Below are positions 56,940 through 64,000 of a stretch of 64,000 nt of DNA, one piece after another. The notes under the pieces are model-generated. The model had not been told where the DNA came from and searched no databases. It saw only the letters and a list, made by a program, of their open reading frames with translations. Source of the DNA: Fibrobacteria bacterium (GTDB taxonomy: Bacteria > Fibrobacterota > Chitinivibrionia > Chitinivibrionales > FEN-1185); NCBI GenBank assembly GCA_037447435.1, contig JBBIGR010000008.1:47681-111680 (forward strand), read 5' to 3'. How positions within the stretch are numbered: the first letter of the stretch is position 1; each line of letters begins with the position of its first letter. A program made the translations under genes and the position numbers.

Positions 56940-58082
56940 ATGCATATCGTTATTGACGCTCTATCATCCGTAAGTGGTGGGGCTGAATCGTATCTGCGCA
57001 ATTGTTTACCAAGATTATACGATCTTTTTTTGGCAAGTAAAGGGGAGCACAAATTTACGATTCTTGCCTTTAAAGAGCAAACCCATCTGTTTCCATTGGT
57101 TCCTAAAAGTGCATGTTTCCTGATTGAAAAAAAAAGAATTTCAGGATTTAAGCTAGCACTATGGCAACGGTTCTCCCTGAGGCGCATAGTAAAAGATCTT
57201 GCTGCAGATGTTCTTTTCACGCCATACCAAGTCGGAAGGCCCTATCCCGGCGTAAAGCGGGTTGTTATGTTTAGGAATATGGATCCGTTTACTTTTCATA
57301 AATACAAATATGGTGCTTTTCTGGTTTTTCGCAAAACCATTTTAAAATGGGAATCAATATTTTCAATGAAGCATGCCGATCGTGTGATTGCAGTTTCTGA
57401 GTATGTAAAAAATTTTGCAGAAAAAGAACTTAAAATTGATTCCAATAAAGTTTTTACGATTCATCATGGCAGAGATCTTAGGTTTTGTCCCGAAGCTGAT
57501 TTGGAAAAAGACTCTCAAATTCTAAACGAGTTCGGTATTTCAACGCCTTTTATTTTTACCTGTGGATTGTTATGGCCTTATCGTCGCTGTGAAGATGTGA
57601 TTCGGGCTTTCGATGGTGCGATAAATTTGGACAACAATTGTCATCTTGTTATATGCGGCACCGGCTTTAAGCCGTATGTTCGTTTTATTGAAAAATGTAT
57701 TTCTCAATCGAAACGAAAAAATAACATTCGGATGTTGGGCAATGTATCCGTAGAGGCAATGCAGGTGTTCTTCAGAAAATGCAAAATATGCGTTATTGCT
57801 ACTGAAGTAGAGGCATGTCCAAATATAGCAATTGAAGCGTTGTCCTCAGGCAGTGCGATAATTTCCGCAGATAACCAGCCACTTACGGAAATTTTTGCAA
57901 ATAGTGTAGGATATTTTTCCTCAAGAAACACCAAGGAACTAGCCATCATGATGAACAATGTTTTCAATGATCCTCAAGAAATCTCCAATTTAAAATGCCG
58001 CGCTTTAAAAAGGGCCAGCGCATTTTCATGGGATCAATGCGCAATAAGAACATATTCTGCCCTTGTAAATTGGCAAATCTAA
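56940..58082 (+). CDS. glycosyltransferase family 4 (GT-B)
   Basis: An E-x7-E region (TEVEACPNIAIEALSSGSAIIS) and a typical GT4 N-terminus (MHIVIDALSSVSGGAESY). Confidence 0.75.
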   Translation: MHIVIDALSSVSGGAESYLRNCLPRLYDLFLASKGEHKFTILAFKEQTHLFPLVPKSACFLIEKKRISGFKLALWQRFSLRRIVKDLAADVLFTPYQVGRPYPGVKRVVMFRNMDPFTFHKYKYGAFLVFRKTILKWESIFSMKHADRVIAVSEYVKNFAEKELKIDSNKVFTIHHGRDLRFCPEADLEKDSQILNEFGISTPFIFTCGLLWPYRRCEDVIRAFDGAINLDNNCHLVICGTGFKPYVRFIEKCISQSKRKNNIRMLGNVSVEAMQVFFRKCKICVIATEVEACPNIAIEALSSGSAIISADNQPLTEIFANSVGYFSSRNTKELAIMMNNVFNDPQEISNLKCRALKRASAFSWDQCAIRTYSALVNWQI

Positions 58083-58128
58083 TTTGAAATAATTGTATTT
58101 CACAAAAAGTAATCTAAAGGTTTGAAAA

Positions 58129-58830
58129 ATGAAAAAAGAGCCTAATAAATTATCTAGGGACAAATGGGTAATTCAGGAACTTTTAAAAATTCCCAAAGGA
58201 TTTAGACTGCTTGATGTTGGCGCAGGTACATCCCCTTACAGAATTTTTTGCAAACATCTGATATATGAGTCTCAAGATTTCTGTCAACTTGATCCTCAAC
58301 AAATGGGTGGAAAAAATTATCCTTTACATACATTTGCAAGTGATGTCTGTTCTATTCCAGCACCCGATGCGACGTATGATGCAATACTCTGCACGGAGGC
58401 ATTGGAACATTTTCCAAGGCCAATTGAGGCAATTGGAGAAATGGTGCGTTTACTTAAAATGGGCGGCACCCTTTTTCTTACTGCGCCGTTAGGAAGCGGA
58501 TTGCATCAAAAGCCATATCATTATTATGGAGGATTCACTCCATTTTGGTATGAGTATGTCTGTAAAGAATATGGTTTAGGAGTCAAGTCCATACAACCTT
58601 CCGGTGGTTTTTTCTTTTTATTAGCCCAGGAATGTGCGAGGGCTGAGGTTTTTTTGCGCAAGAGTATTGATTGCAAAAAATGGACAAAGTTACTATGGTT
58701 AATTTTAGGACCAATTTTGAGGTGTTTTATAGCACCCGTATTTCGGATTATTGATAGACCTTCGGCATCTTCAGAATTTACTATAGGTTACCATGTAGTT
58801 TGTGTCAAGCAAAAAGATGTCCGAAATTAA
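58129..58830 (+). CDS. class I SAM-dependent methyltransferase (8 of 8)
   Basis: RLLDVGAGTSPY, YDAILCTEALEHFPRP and LKMGGTLFLTAP. Confidence 0.7.
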   Translation: MKKEPNKLSRDKWVIQELLKIPKGFRLLDVGAGTSPYRIFCKHLIYESQDFCQLDPQQMGGKNYPLHTFASDVCSIPAPDATYDAILCTEALEHFPRPIEAIGEMVRLLKMGGTLFLTAPLGSGLHQKPYHYYGGFTPFWYEYVCKEYGLGVKSIQPSGGFFFLLAQECARAEVFLRKSIDCKKWTKLLWLILGPILRCFIAPVFRIIDRPSASSEFTIGYHVVCVKQKDVRN

Positions 58831-58903
58831 ATTGAAGTAGATCACTGATTTGGATTTTCAGACGGCCGAACGGATGAAAAATATTCTAACTAAGAGGGAA
58901 TAA

Positions 58904-59461
58904 GTGAATACAGTTGATTTAGGGTCCTATCAAAAAGTCTACAATCCAGGGAATTTAGTGAGAACAATTATGTGGTATTTCGTCAATATAACAATTTTTC
59001 AATCGGGATTGCCATATCCGACTTTTTTAAAGGTATGGTTGCTTCGCTTTTTTGGAGCATCAGTTGGCAGCAAAGTTATGGTAAAGCCAGGCATCGCAAT
59101 AAAGTACCCATGGCATCTTTCTATCGGAAATAACGTCTGGCTGGGTGAAAAAGTATGGATTGACAATCTAGCCAAGATAATTATTGGCAATAATGTATGT
59201 ATTTCCCAAGGGGCATATCTGATGACCGGGAATCATGATTATAAAAAGCCCTCATTCGATCTCATTATTGCTCCTATTATTATTGAAGACGGGGTATGGG
59301 TGGGGGCGCGAGCTGTAATTTGTCCTGGTGCTAAGCTTGGAACTCATTCGGTGATTACTGCCGGGAGTGTGGCAGTTGCGAATACGCCACAATTTACAAT
59401 ATGTCAAGGCAATCCAGCCGTTCCGACAAGGAAAAGAGTCATAGATCATGAAGCCAGTTGA
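58904..59461 (+). CDS. hexapeptide-repeat O-acetyltransferase (WcaF-like)
   Basis: LLRFFGASVGSKV, IGNNVWLGEKVWI, GNHDY and GVWVGARAVICPGAKLG. GTG start. Confidence 0.75.
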   Translation: MNTVDLGSYQKVYNPGNLVRTIMWYFVNITIFQSGLPYPTFLKVWLLRFFGASVGSKVMVKPGIAIKYPWHLSIGNNVWLGEKVWIDNLAKIIIGNNVCISQGAYLMTGNHDYKKPSFDLIIAPIIIEDGVWVGARAVICPGAKLGTHSVITAGSVAVANTPQFTICQGNPAVPTRKRVIDHEAS

Positions 59462-60572
59462 GCTTTGCAAGGAAAAATCGAGTTTTTTACATTTTACACG
59501 ATGGCTTGCCGCGTTCATTGTTTTGGTAGGTCATACTCAGATGGTTGCTTCTCTGACATTTGGCAAAGAGATGAACTATAATTCCATCCATTGGTACTAT
59601 TATTTTTGTTTTCATGCTCATATTGCTGTGATAATGTTTTTTGTTCTAAGCGGATATGTGGTGGCGTACTCCACATTCATCAAACTTAACGGTTCTGATG
59701 AGTATCGATTTGTCAATTATTTTATAGATAGATGGTCCAGAATATATTCTGTCCTAATAGCGGCGATTATATTGACAATAGTGCTGGATTTTTACGGGAA
59801 ATATTTCAATAGGTTGTATTTTGATTCAGCCATTATTCCTCAAGATCACAGAGTTATGCGGCTTTTATTGAATATTTGCAGTCTTCAGGGGCTTCATGGT
59901 TATAGGATCCAATTCGGCAGCAATTCGGCATTATGGTCTATTGGATATGAATTTTGTTATTACTTCATTTTTGGGCTAGTGGTTTTTTCAAAACAACTCA
60001 TAAAGCGAAAAATATTACTTTATCCGATACTTTTAGGTGTTTCAGTAATTATCGGGTCGAAAATGCTTTTCTACTTTTTAATTTGGAGTATGGGTGTTTT
60101 TGCTTTTTGGATATTTCATTATAAGAAATATCATTTGCCTTTTTTCATTCGTATTTGGTTGTGTGTTCTTGCAGTAATTGCAAATCATTTTATTGTTTAT
60201 AAAAATATATTTACTCATAATCAATATATACAAGACCTCATTATGGGTCTGATATTTTCATTAATCCTGCTTTGTGATGGCAACAGAAACGGAGTTAATG
60301 GCTTTATTAAAAGGGTAAATACATTCATGTCGGATTTCAGCTATTCATTATATGCATATCATTTGCCGATCTTAATGTTTATAAGCATGAGCCTAAGCAG
60401 GATTATTCGTGCAAAGCATGTCGAGTTTTATCAATTGTCTATTGGTCTCTCAATTGCGAGCTTTTTCATTGTCAGAGTATTGTATCTTTTTACGGAACAT
60501 CAAAGAGGCAAATTAAAAGCTCTAGCCTATACTATTTTACGAAATACCACGACAATAGATAGGAACCGATGA
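59448..60572 (+). CDS. acyltransferase family 3 integral membrane O-acyltransferase (OafA/WecH-like)
   Basis: FLHFTRWLAAFIVLVGH N-terminal motif and about 10 TM segments. Confidence 0.75.
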   Translation: MKPVELCKEKSSFLHFTRWLAAFIVLVGHTQMVASLTFGKEMNYNSIHWYYYFCFHAHIAVIMFFVLSGYVVAYSTFIKLNGSDEYRFVNYFIDRWSRIYSVLIAAIILTIVLDFYGKYFNRLYFDSAIIPQDHRVMRLLLNICSLQGLHGYRIQFGSNSALWSIGYEFCYYFIFGLVVFSKQLIKRKILLYPILLGVSVIIGSKMLFYFLIWSMGVFAFWIFHYKKYHLPFFIRIWLCVLAVIANHFIVYKNIFTHNQYIQDLIMGLIFSLILLCDGNRNGVNGFIKRVNTFMSDFSYSLYAYHLPILMFISMSLSRIIRAKHVEFYQLSIGLSIASFFIVRVLYLFTEHQRGKLKALAYTILRNTTTIDRNR

Positions 60573-61807
60573 ACGTTTTAATTATTAATCAAACTTTTTT
60601 CCCTGATCAGGTCGCGGTCTCTCAGTATCTCACAGATTTCACTGAACAGCTTGCAAATTCAGGGCATCGGATTAAAGTGCTGGCAGGGTCACGTGACTAT
60701 GAAAATCCATCTATAGTTTTTGCGCGATCTGAGACATACAAAACGATTGCGGTGGAGCGCATAGGGTCGACACAATTTATTAAAAAAACTAAGTTTGGAA
60801 GGCTTGTCAATTTCGTAAGTTTTAATCTTGCATTATGCGCACATTTATTCTTTTCTGAACGAAGTCGATATGATCTTGTCATCGGATCAACCGTGCCGCC
60901 AATGGTTGGTATTGTCGCAAGTTTATTTTCCTTTTTTCATAATGTACCATTTATCTATTGGGTTATGGACCTGCAGCCCGACGAGGCTATTGCTGCGGAT
61001 TACTTAAAACAAAACTCCCTTATTGCTCGTACTATGATTTTGGCAGGAAAAATTCCTTTGAGGTTAGCTTGCTCGATAATTGTTCTTGACTCATATATGA
61101 AAGAACGAATCAAGACAAAAGGAATTACAGAAAATAAAATATCCGTTGTTCCCCTATGGCCGATTATTGATAAGGACTCGTTTAATGACGAGTCGGCACT
61201 TGCCTTCCGCAAAAAACATGGGTTTGGCGAAAAAACCGTTGTGATGTATTCGGGAAATCATTCTGTTTGCCATCCATTAGATACATTGCTGGAAGCGAGT
61301 AAAGTACTTGAGGGGACGAACGAGTTCATTTTTGCTTTTGTCGGAGGAGGAGTTCGCGTTGATCAAGTAGCCCGCGAAGTAAAGACGTACGGTCTGAAGA
61401 ATGTAATCCAGCTGCCATATCAAAAAAGAGAATTTCTGGCAGACGTTCTTCTTTCGGCCGATATTCACATTGTTGTCATGGGCGATCCTTTTGTCGGCAT
61501 TATTCATCCATCCAAAATCTACGGTATCCTTGCCGTGGGAAAGCCATTTGTTTTTATCGGACCAGACCAATGCCATGTGAAAGATATTATAAAGGATGTC
61601 GGATTTGGATATGATGTTCGTACCGGAGATTCGTCTGGATTAGTATCTGCATTGCTTTCGATACGAAATCTTTCTACTCAACAGCTTGAAATTGCGAAGG
61701 AAAACGAGCGGAAATTTGCATATGACACATTTGGTCGAAAAGAATGCGCCGGCCGGATTGCGGCAATTGCCGAGAACTCCGTAAAATTGAGGAAAAAGCA
61801 AGTTTGA
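60569..61807 (+). CDS. glycosyltransferase family 4 (WbuB/WcaI-like)
   Basis: MNVLIINQTFFPDQVAVSQYLTDFTEQLANSGHRIKVLAG is a typical WbuB/WcaI-type N-terminus. ATGA overlap with the upstream gene. Confidence 0.7.
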   Translation: MNVLIINQTFFPDQVAVSQYLTDFTEQLANSGHRIKVLAGSRDYENPSIVFARSETYKTIAVERIGSTQFIKKTKFGRLVNFVSFNLALCAHLFFSERSRYDLVIGSTVPPMVGIVASLFSFFHNVPFIYWVMDLQPDEAIAADYLKQNSLIARTMILAGKIPLRLACSIIVLDSYMKERIKTKGITENKISVVPLWPIIDKDSFNDESALAFRKKHGFGEKTVVMYSGNHSVCHPLDTLLEASKVLEGTNEFIFAFVGGGVRVDQVAREVKTYGLKNVIQLPYQKREFLADVLLSADIHIVVMGDPFVGIIHPSKIYGILAVGKPFVFIGPDQCHVKDIIKDVGFGYDVRTGDSSGLVSALLSIRNLSTQQLEIAKENERKFAYDTFGRKECAGRIAAIAENSVKLRKKQV

Positions 61808-62781
61808 AACAAACCATATTAATAACTGGAGCGAATGGCTTTATTGGATCAAATATCTGCAGACATTTACTTGCTGCAGGATACGAGTGTCGAGTCCTGG
61901 TTCGAACAAAAAGTGGAGTACCCTCTGGCTGCGATATAGTATTAGGAGAATTTGAGAATACCATTTTGGCTCCAGATATCTTCCGAAATGTTCATGCGGT
62001 TGTTCATTGTGCCGCTCACGTTCACAAAATGGGAAGAATGAAAGGCAGCGATAACGAGGAATACTTCCGGGTCAACAGAGATCTCACTCAGAAGCTTGCT
62101 CAAAGCGCGATCTCCGTCGGTATAAAAATGTTTATTTTTCTAAGCAGTACCAAGGTGATGGGTGACCATAATGCTTTGGGCAAAATATATACCGAAGAAG
62201 ACACTCCTATGCCTACAGACTCGTATGGCCAGAGCAAATATGAGGCTGAAAAGATTCTAAAGGAACTTTATATATCGGAATCGGAGTTGCAATGTGTGGT
62301 TCTGCGGCTTCCGATGGTCTATGGACCTGCCAACAAAGGCAATATGATTTCGCTTATAGCAACGGCAAGTCGAGGAATCCCTTTGCCGCTTTCGGCTGCT
62401 CGCGGAAAACGTAGCATGATCTATATCGGGAATATTTGCAGCGCTATTGAAACGTTGCTAGCATGGGAAGGGAAAACCAAAAATTCCTGGGAATGTTTTA
62501 ATTTGACAGATACGATAGATATAACAAGTAAGCAGCTTTATAGGGCCATTTACGGCTCGTTTAGAAATGGAACCGGTATATTATGGTTTCCAGAAATCCT
62601 TGTAAATCTAGTACGGCGAATTGTGCCGTTATGTGAGCCTGTAATATCACGGTTGTTTAATTGTTACAGATTCTCGTCGAAAAAGTTCCAGAAAACCTTT
62701 GAGTGGTCGGCGCCGTTTTCATTTGAAGAGGGCATTGCAGAAACTATTACATGGTACAAAAAAAAATCTATCAATCAATAA
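61804..62781 (+). CDS. NAD-dependent epimerase/dehydratase family SDR (WbpK/4-keto-reductase-like)
   Basis: ILITGANGFIGSNI Rossmann motif and YGQSKYEAE (the YxxxK catalytic motif). TTG 61804 overlaps the upstream stop. The ORF-track ATG 61744 would overlap the GT4 gene by 64 nt. Confidence 0.75.
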   Translation: MKQTILITGANGFIGSNICRHLLAAGYECRVLVRTKSGVPSGCDIVLGEFENTILAPDIFRNVHAVVHCAAHVHKMGRMKGSDNEEYFRVNRDLTQKLAQSAISVGIKMFIFLSSTKVMGDHNALGKIYTEEDTPMPTDSYGQSKYEAEKILKELYISESELQCVVLRLPMVYGPANKGNMISLIATASRGIPLPLSAARGKRSMIYIGNICSAIETLLAWEGKTKNSWECFNLTDTIDITSKQLYRAIYGSFRNGTGILWFPEILVNLVRRIVPLCEPVISRLFNCYRFSSKKFQKTFEWSAPFSFEEGIAETITWYKKKSINQ

Positions 62782-63338
62782 AACGCATTTTTGATGTGTC
62801 GGCGGCGGCAGCGGCTTTAATCATACTTGCCTTGCCGCTTGGTTGTATTGCATTGGCAATTAAATTGACCTCCTCCGGTCCTGTCATTCACTGGTCAAGA
62901 CGAATCGGTAAGAATAATTTGCTTTTTCAAATGGCAAAATTCCGGACAATGCGCGTTGATACACCTCAAGTAGCAACGCACCTTTTGAAAGATTCAAGTG
63001 CGTATGTAACCTCGATAGGCAAATTCCTCCGGAAATTCAGTCTGGACGAATTACCGCAATTGATAAATATTATTTCAGGAGATTTGAGTTTCGTAGGGCC
63101 AAGGCCGGCGCTTTTCAATCAGGATGATCTCATACGTTTAAGAACTGAAAAAAATGTTCATAAATTCATCCCCGGGCTTACAGGTTGGGCCCAAATTAAT
63201 GGGAGAGATGAATTGCAGATCCCCCAAAAAGTAGAATTTGATGCTTACTATTGCGAACATAGTTCATTCTTATTTGACATTAAAATTATTGTCTTAACAG
63301 TGTTTAAAGCGTTTTCAGGGGCAGGGGTTTGCCATTAA
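62751..63338 (+). CDS. small monotopic phosphoglycosyl transferase (bacterial sugar transferase, PglC/WcfS-like); initiating enzyme
   Basis: KRIFDVSAAAAALIILALPL re-entrant helix, KFRTM, SLDELPQLINIISGDLSFVGPRP and PGLTGWAQING. 195 aa. Confidence 0.85.
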   Translation: MVQKKIYQSIKRIFDVSAAAAALIILALPLGCIALAIKLTSSGPVIHWSRRIGKNNLLFQMAKFRTMRVDTPQVATHLLKDSSAYVTSIGKFLRKFSLDELPQLINIISGDLSFVGPRPALFNQDDLIRLRTEKNVHKFIPGLTGWAQINGRDELQIPQKVEFDAYYCEHSSFLFDIKIIVLTVFKAFSGAGVCH

Positions 63339-63436
63339 ATATGTATTCCTAATTTGAAGAGCACATATATAAGAAAATAATGATTCTGGCCTGTTATGCC
63401 GGATCTGTTTTGATAGAAAAGAAATAAGCACAATTT

Positions 63437-64000
63437 ATGATTACATCGCGGTTACTAACTCATCCATTATTGAAGTATCGTTTACCTGTCATCGTTTTAT
63501 TACATGCCTGTTTTGCGGCCTGTGCGCTTTACCTGTCATTTCTTCTTCGTTTTGACTTTACACTTGGGCGTGGAATTTATCCCAGGTTATTCTGGGTATC
63601 TTTGCCTCTAAACGTCCTTGTGTTTCTTATAATTTCTGGTGTTTTTAATTTGTACCAGGGCATCTGGCGTTATGTTAGCGTCGATGATTTAAAGGACATT
63701 GTTGAAACTTCAGCGATTTCGTCTCTAGGATTTATGTTTGCAATAATTATTAGCGGTCAATTTGCTGGATATCCCCGTTCTATTTATGTAATGAATTTTG
63801 CGTTGTTTATTCTTCTTAACGGCGGTACCCGTTTTGGGATTAGAATTTTCCGTGAGTCTTTCGCTCCTCAAAGCGATACGGCGAAAAATGTGCTTATCGT
63901 TGGTGCTGGAACCGCGGGTAATGAAATTGCAAAAACGCTCAAAGCGGCAAAACACAGAGAATATATTCCGATCGGGTTTATTGACAATGACAAAAGCAAA
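63437..64000 (+). CDS. CapD/WbpM/PglF-like membrane-anchored nucleotide-sugar 4,6-dehydratase (5' part; runs off the window end)
   Basis: Absent from the ORF track because it is open-ended. My translation from ATG 63437 reads MITSRLLTHPLLKYRLPVIVLLHACFAACALYLSFLLRFDF..., followed by four TM-like segments and then the Rossmann motif NVLIVGAGTAGNEIAK. No stop up to position 64000. Confidence 0.75.
   Translation, partial: MITSRLLTHPLLKYRLPVIVLLHACFAACALYLSFLLRFDFTLGRGIYPRLFWVSLPLNVLVFLIISGVFNLYQGIWRYVSVDDLKDIVETSAISSLGFMFAIIISGQFAGYPRSIYVMNFALFILLNGGTRFGIRIFRESFAPQSDTAKNVLIVGAGTAGNEIAKTLKAAKHREYIPIGFIDNDKSK

Noticed and set aside
61744-61803. Long 5' extension of the SDR ORF (MRRPDCGNCRELRKIEEKAS...).
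   Set aside because: It would overlap the GT4 gene by 64 nt. TTG 61804 places the GxxGxxG motif at the usual distance from the N-terminus and overlaps the upstream stop.
62758-62766. A9 tract at the 5' end of the initiating phosphoglycosyl transferase, considered as a phase-variation switch.
   Set aside because: A8-A9 lysine-codon runs are common in this AT-rich window. Examples lie near 36549, 44724, 46316, 47525 and 57127. This one is therefore not distinctive without population data.
1-64000. CRISPR arrays, transposases or integrases, prophage genes, toxin-antitoxin or restriction/defence systems, and rRNA genes.
   Set aside because: No spaced direct repeats and no ORFs with such signatures were seen on either strand. 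All sizeable ORFs are accounted for by housekeeping, envelope or glycan functions.

Overview
This 64-kb window appears to come from a low-to-mid GC, Shine-Dalgarno-using bacterium, probably a non-Bacteroidia member of the FCB superphylum. That placement rests on a SprA-like giant outer-membrane protein, FGE/SUMF1-fold proteins and a NusG-paralog-led glycan locus. All family calls below come from motif recognition in the translated ORFs; no database search could be run.

The left third (1-18 kb) is housekeeping and envelope. It holds galT, two paralogous secreted or membrane FGE/SUMF1-domain proteins, a tRNA with a CAT anticodon directly upstream of tilS, ftsH, folP, a 2110-aa SprA-like type IX secretion (T9SS) translocon candidate that overlaps the upstream SUMF1 gene by ATGA, RNase G, and rplU-rpmA.

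Positions 18.1-21.7 kb on the minus strand carry a small Wzz/Wzy/GT2 polysaccharide module. An MBL-fold hydrolase gene and pyrE follow.

A NusG/UpxY-like antiterminator paralog (23439..24002) precedes a putative promoter and leader. After that comes an uninterrupted run of 37 plus-strand genes (24217 to the window edge, about 40 kb) that looks like one glycan operon. It contains:
- Wbp-type 2,3-diacetamido-uronic acid enzymes (WbpB/WbpD/2-epimerase plus a DegT aminotransferase)
- a wzx-hisH-hisF-WbpG-like acetamidino module
- three AsnB-type amidotransferases
- eight SAM methyltransferases
- eight glycosyltransferases, two of them CgeB-like
- two Dpm1/ArnC-like GT2s, an ArnD-like deacetylase and two unassigned polytopic membrane proteins
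- two acyltransferases
- a 3'-terminal initiating module (SDR, PglC-type phosphoglycosyltransferase, CapD/WbpM-like dehydratase)

No CRISPR array, transposase, integrase, rRNA or obvious defence genes were seen. The most interesting signal is the heavily tailored glycan operon and its possible link to T9SS cargo anchoring.
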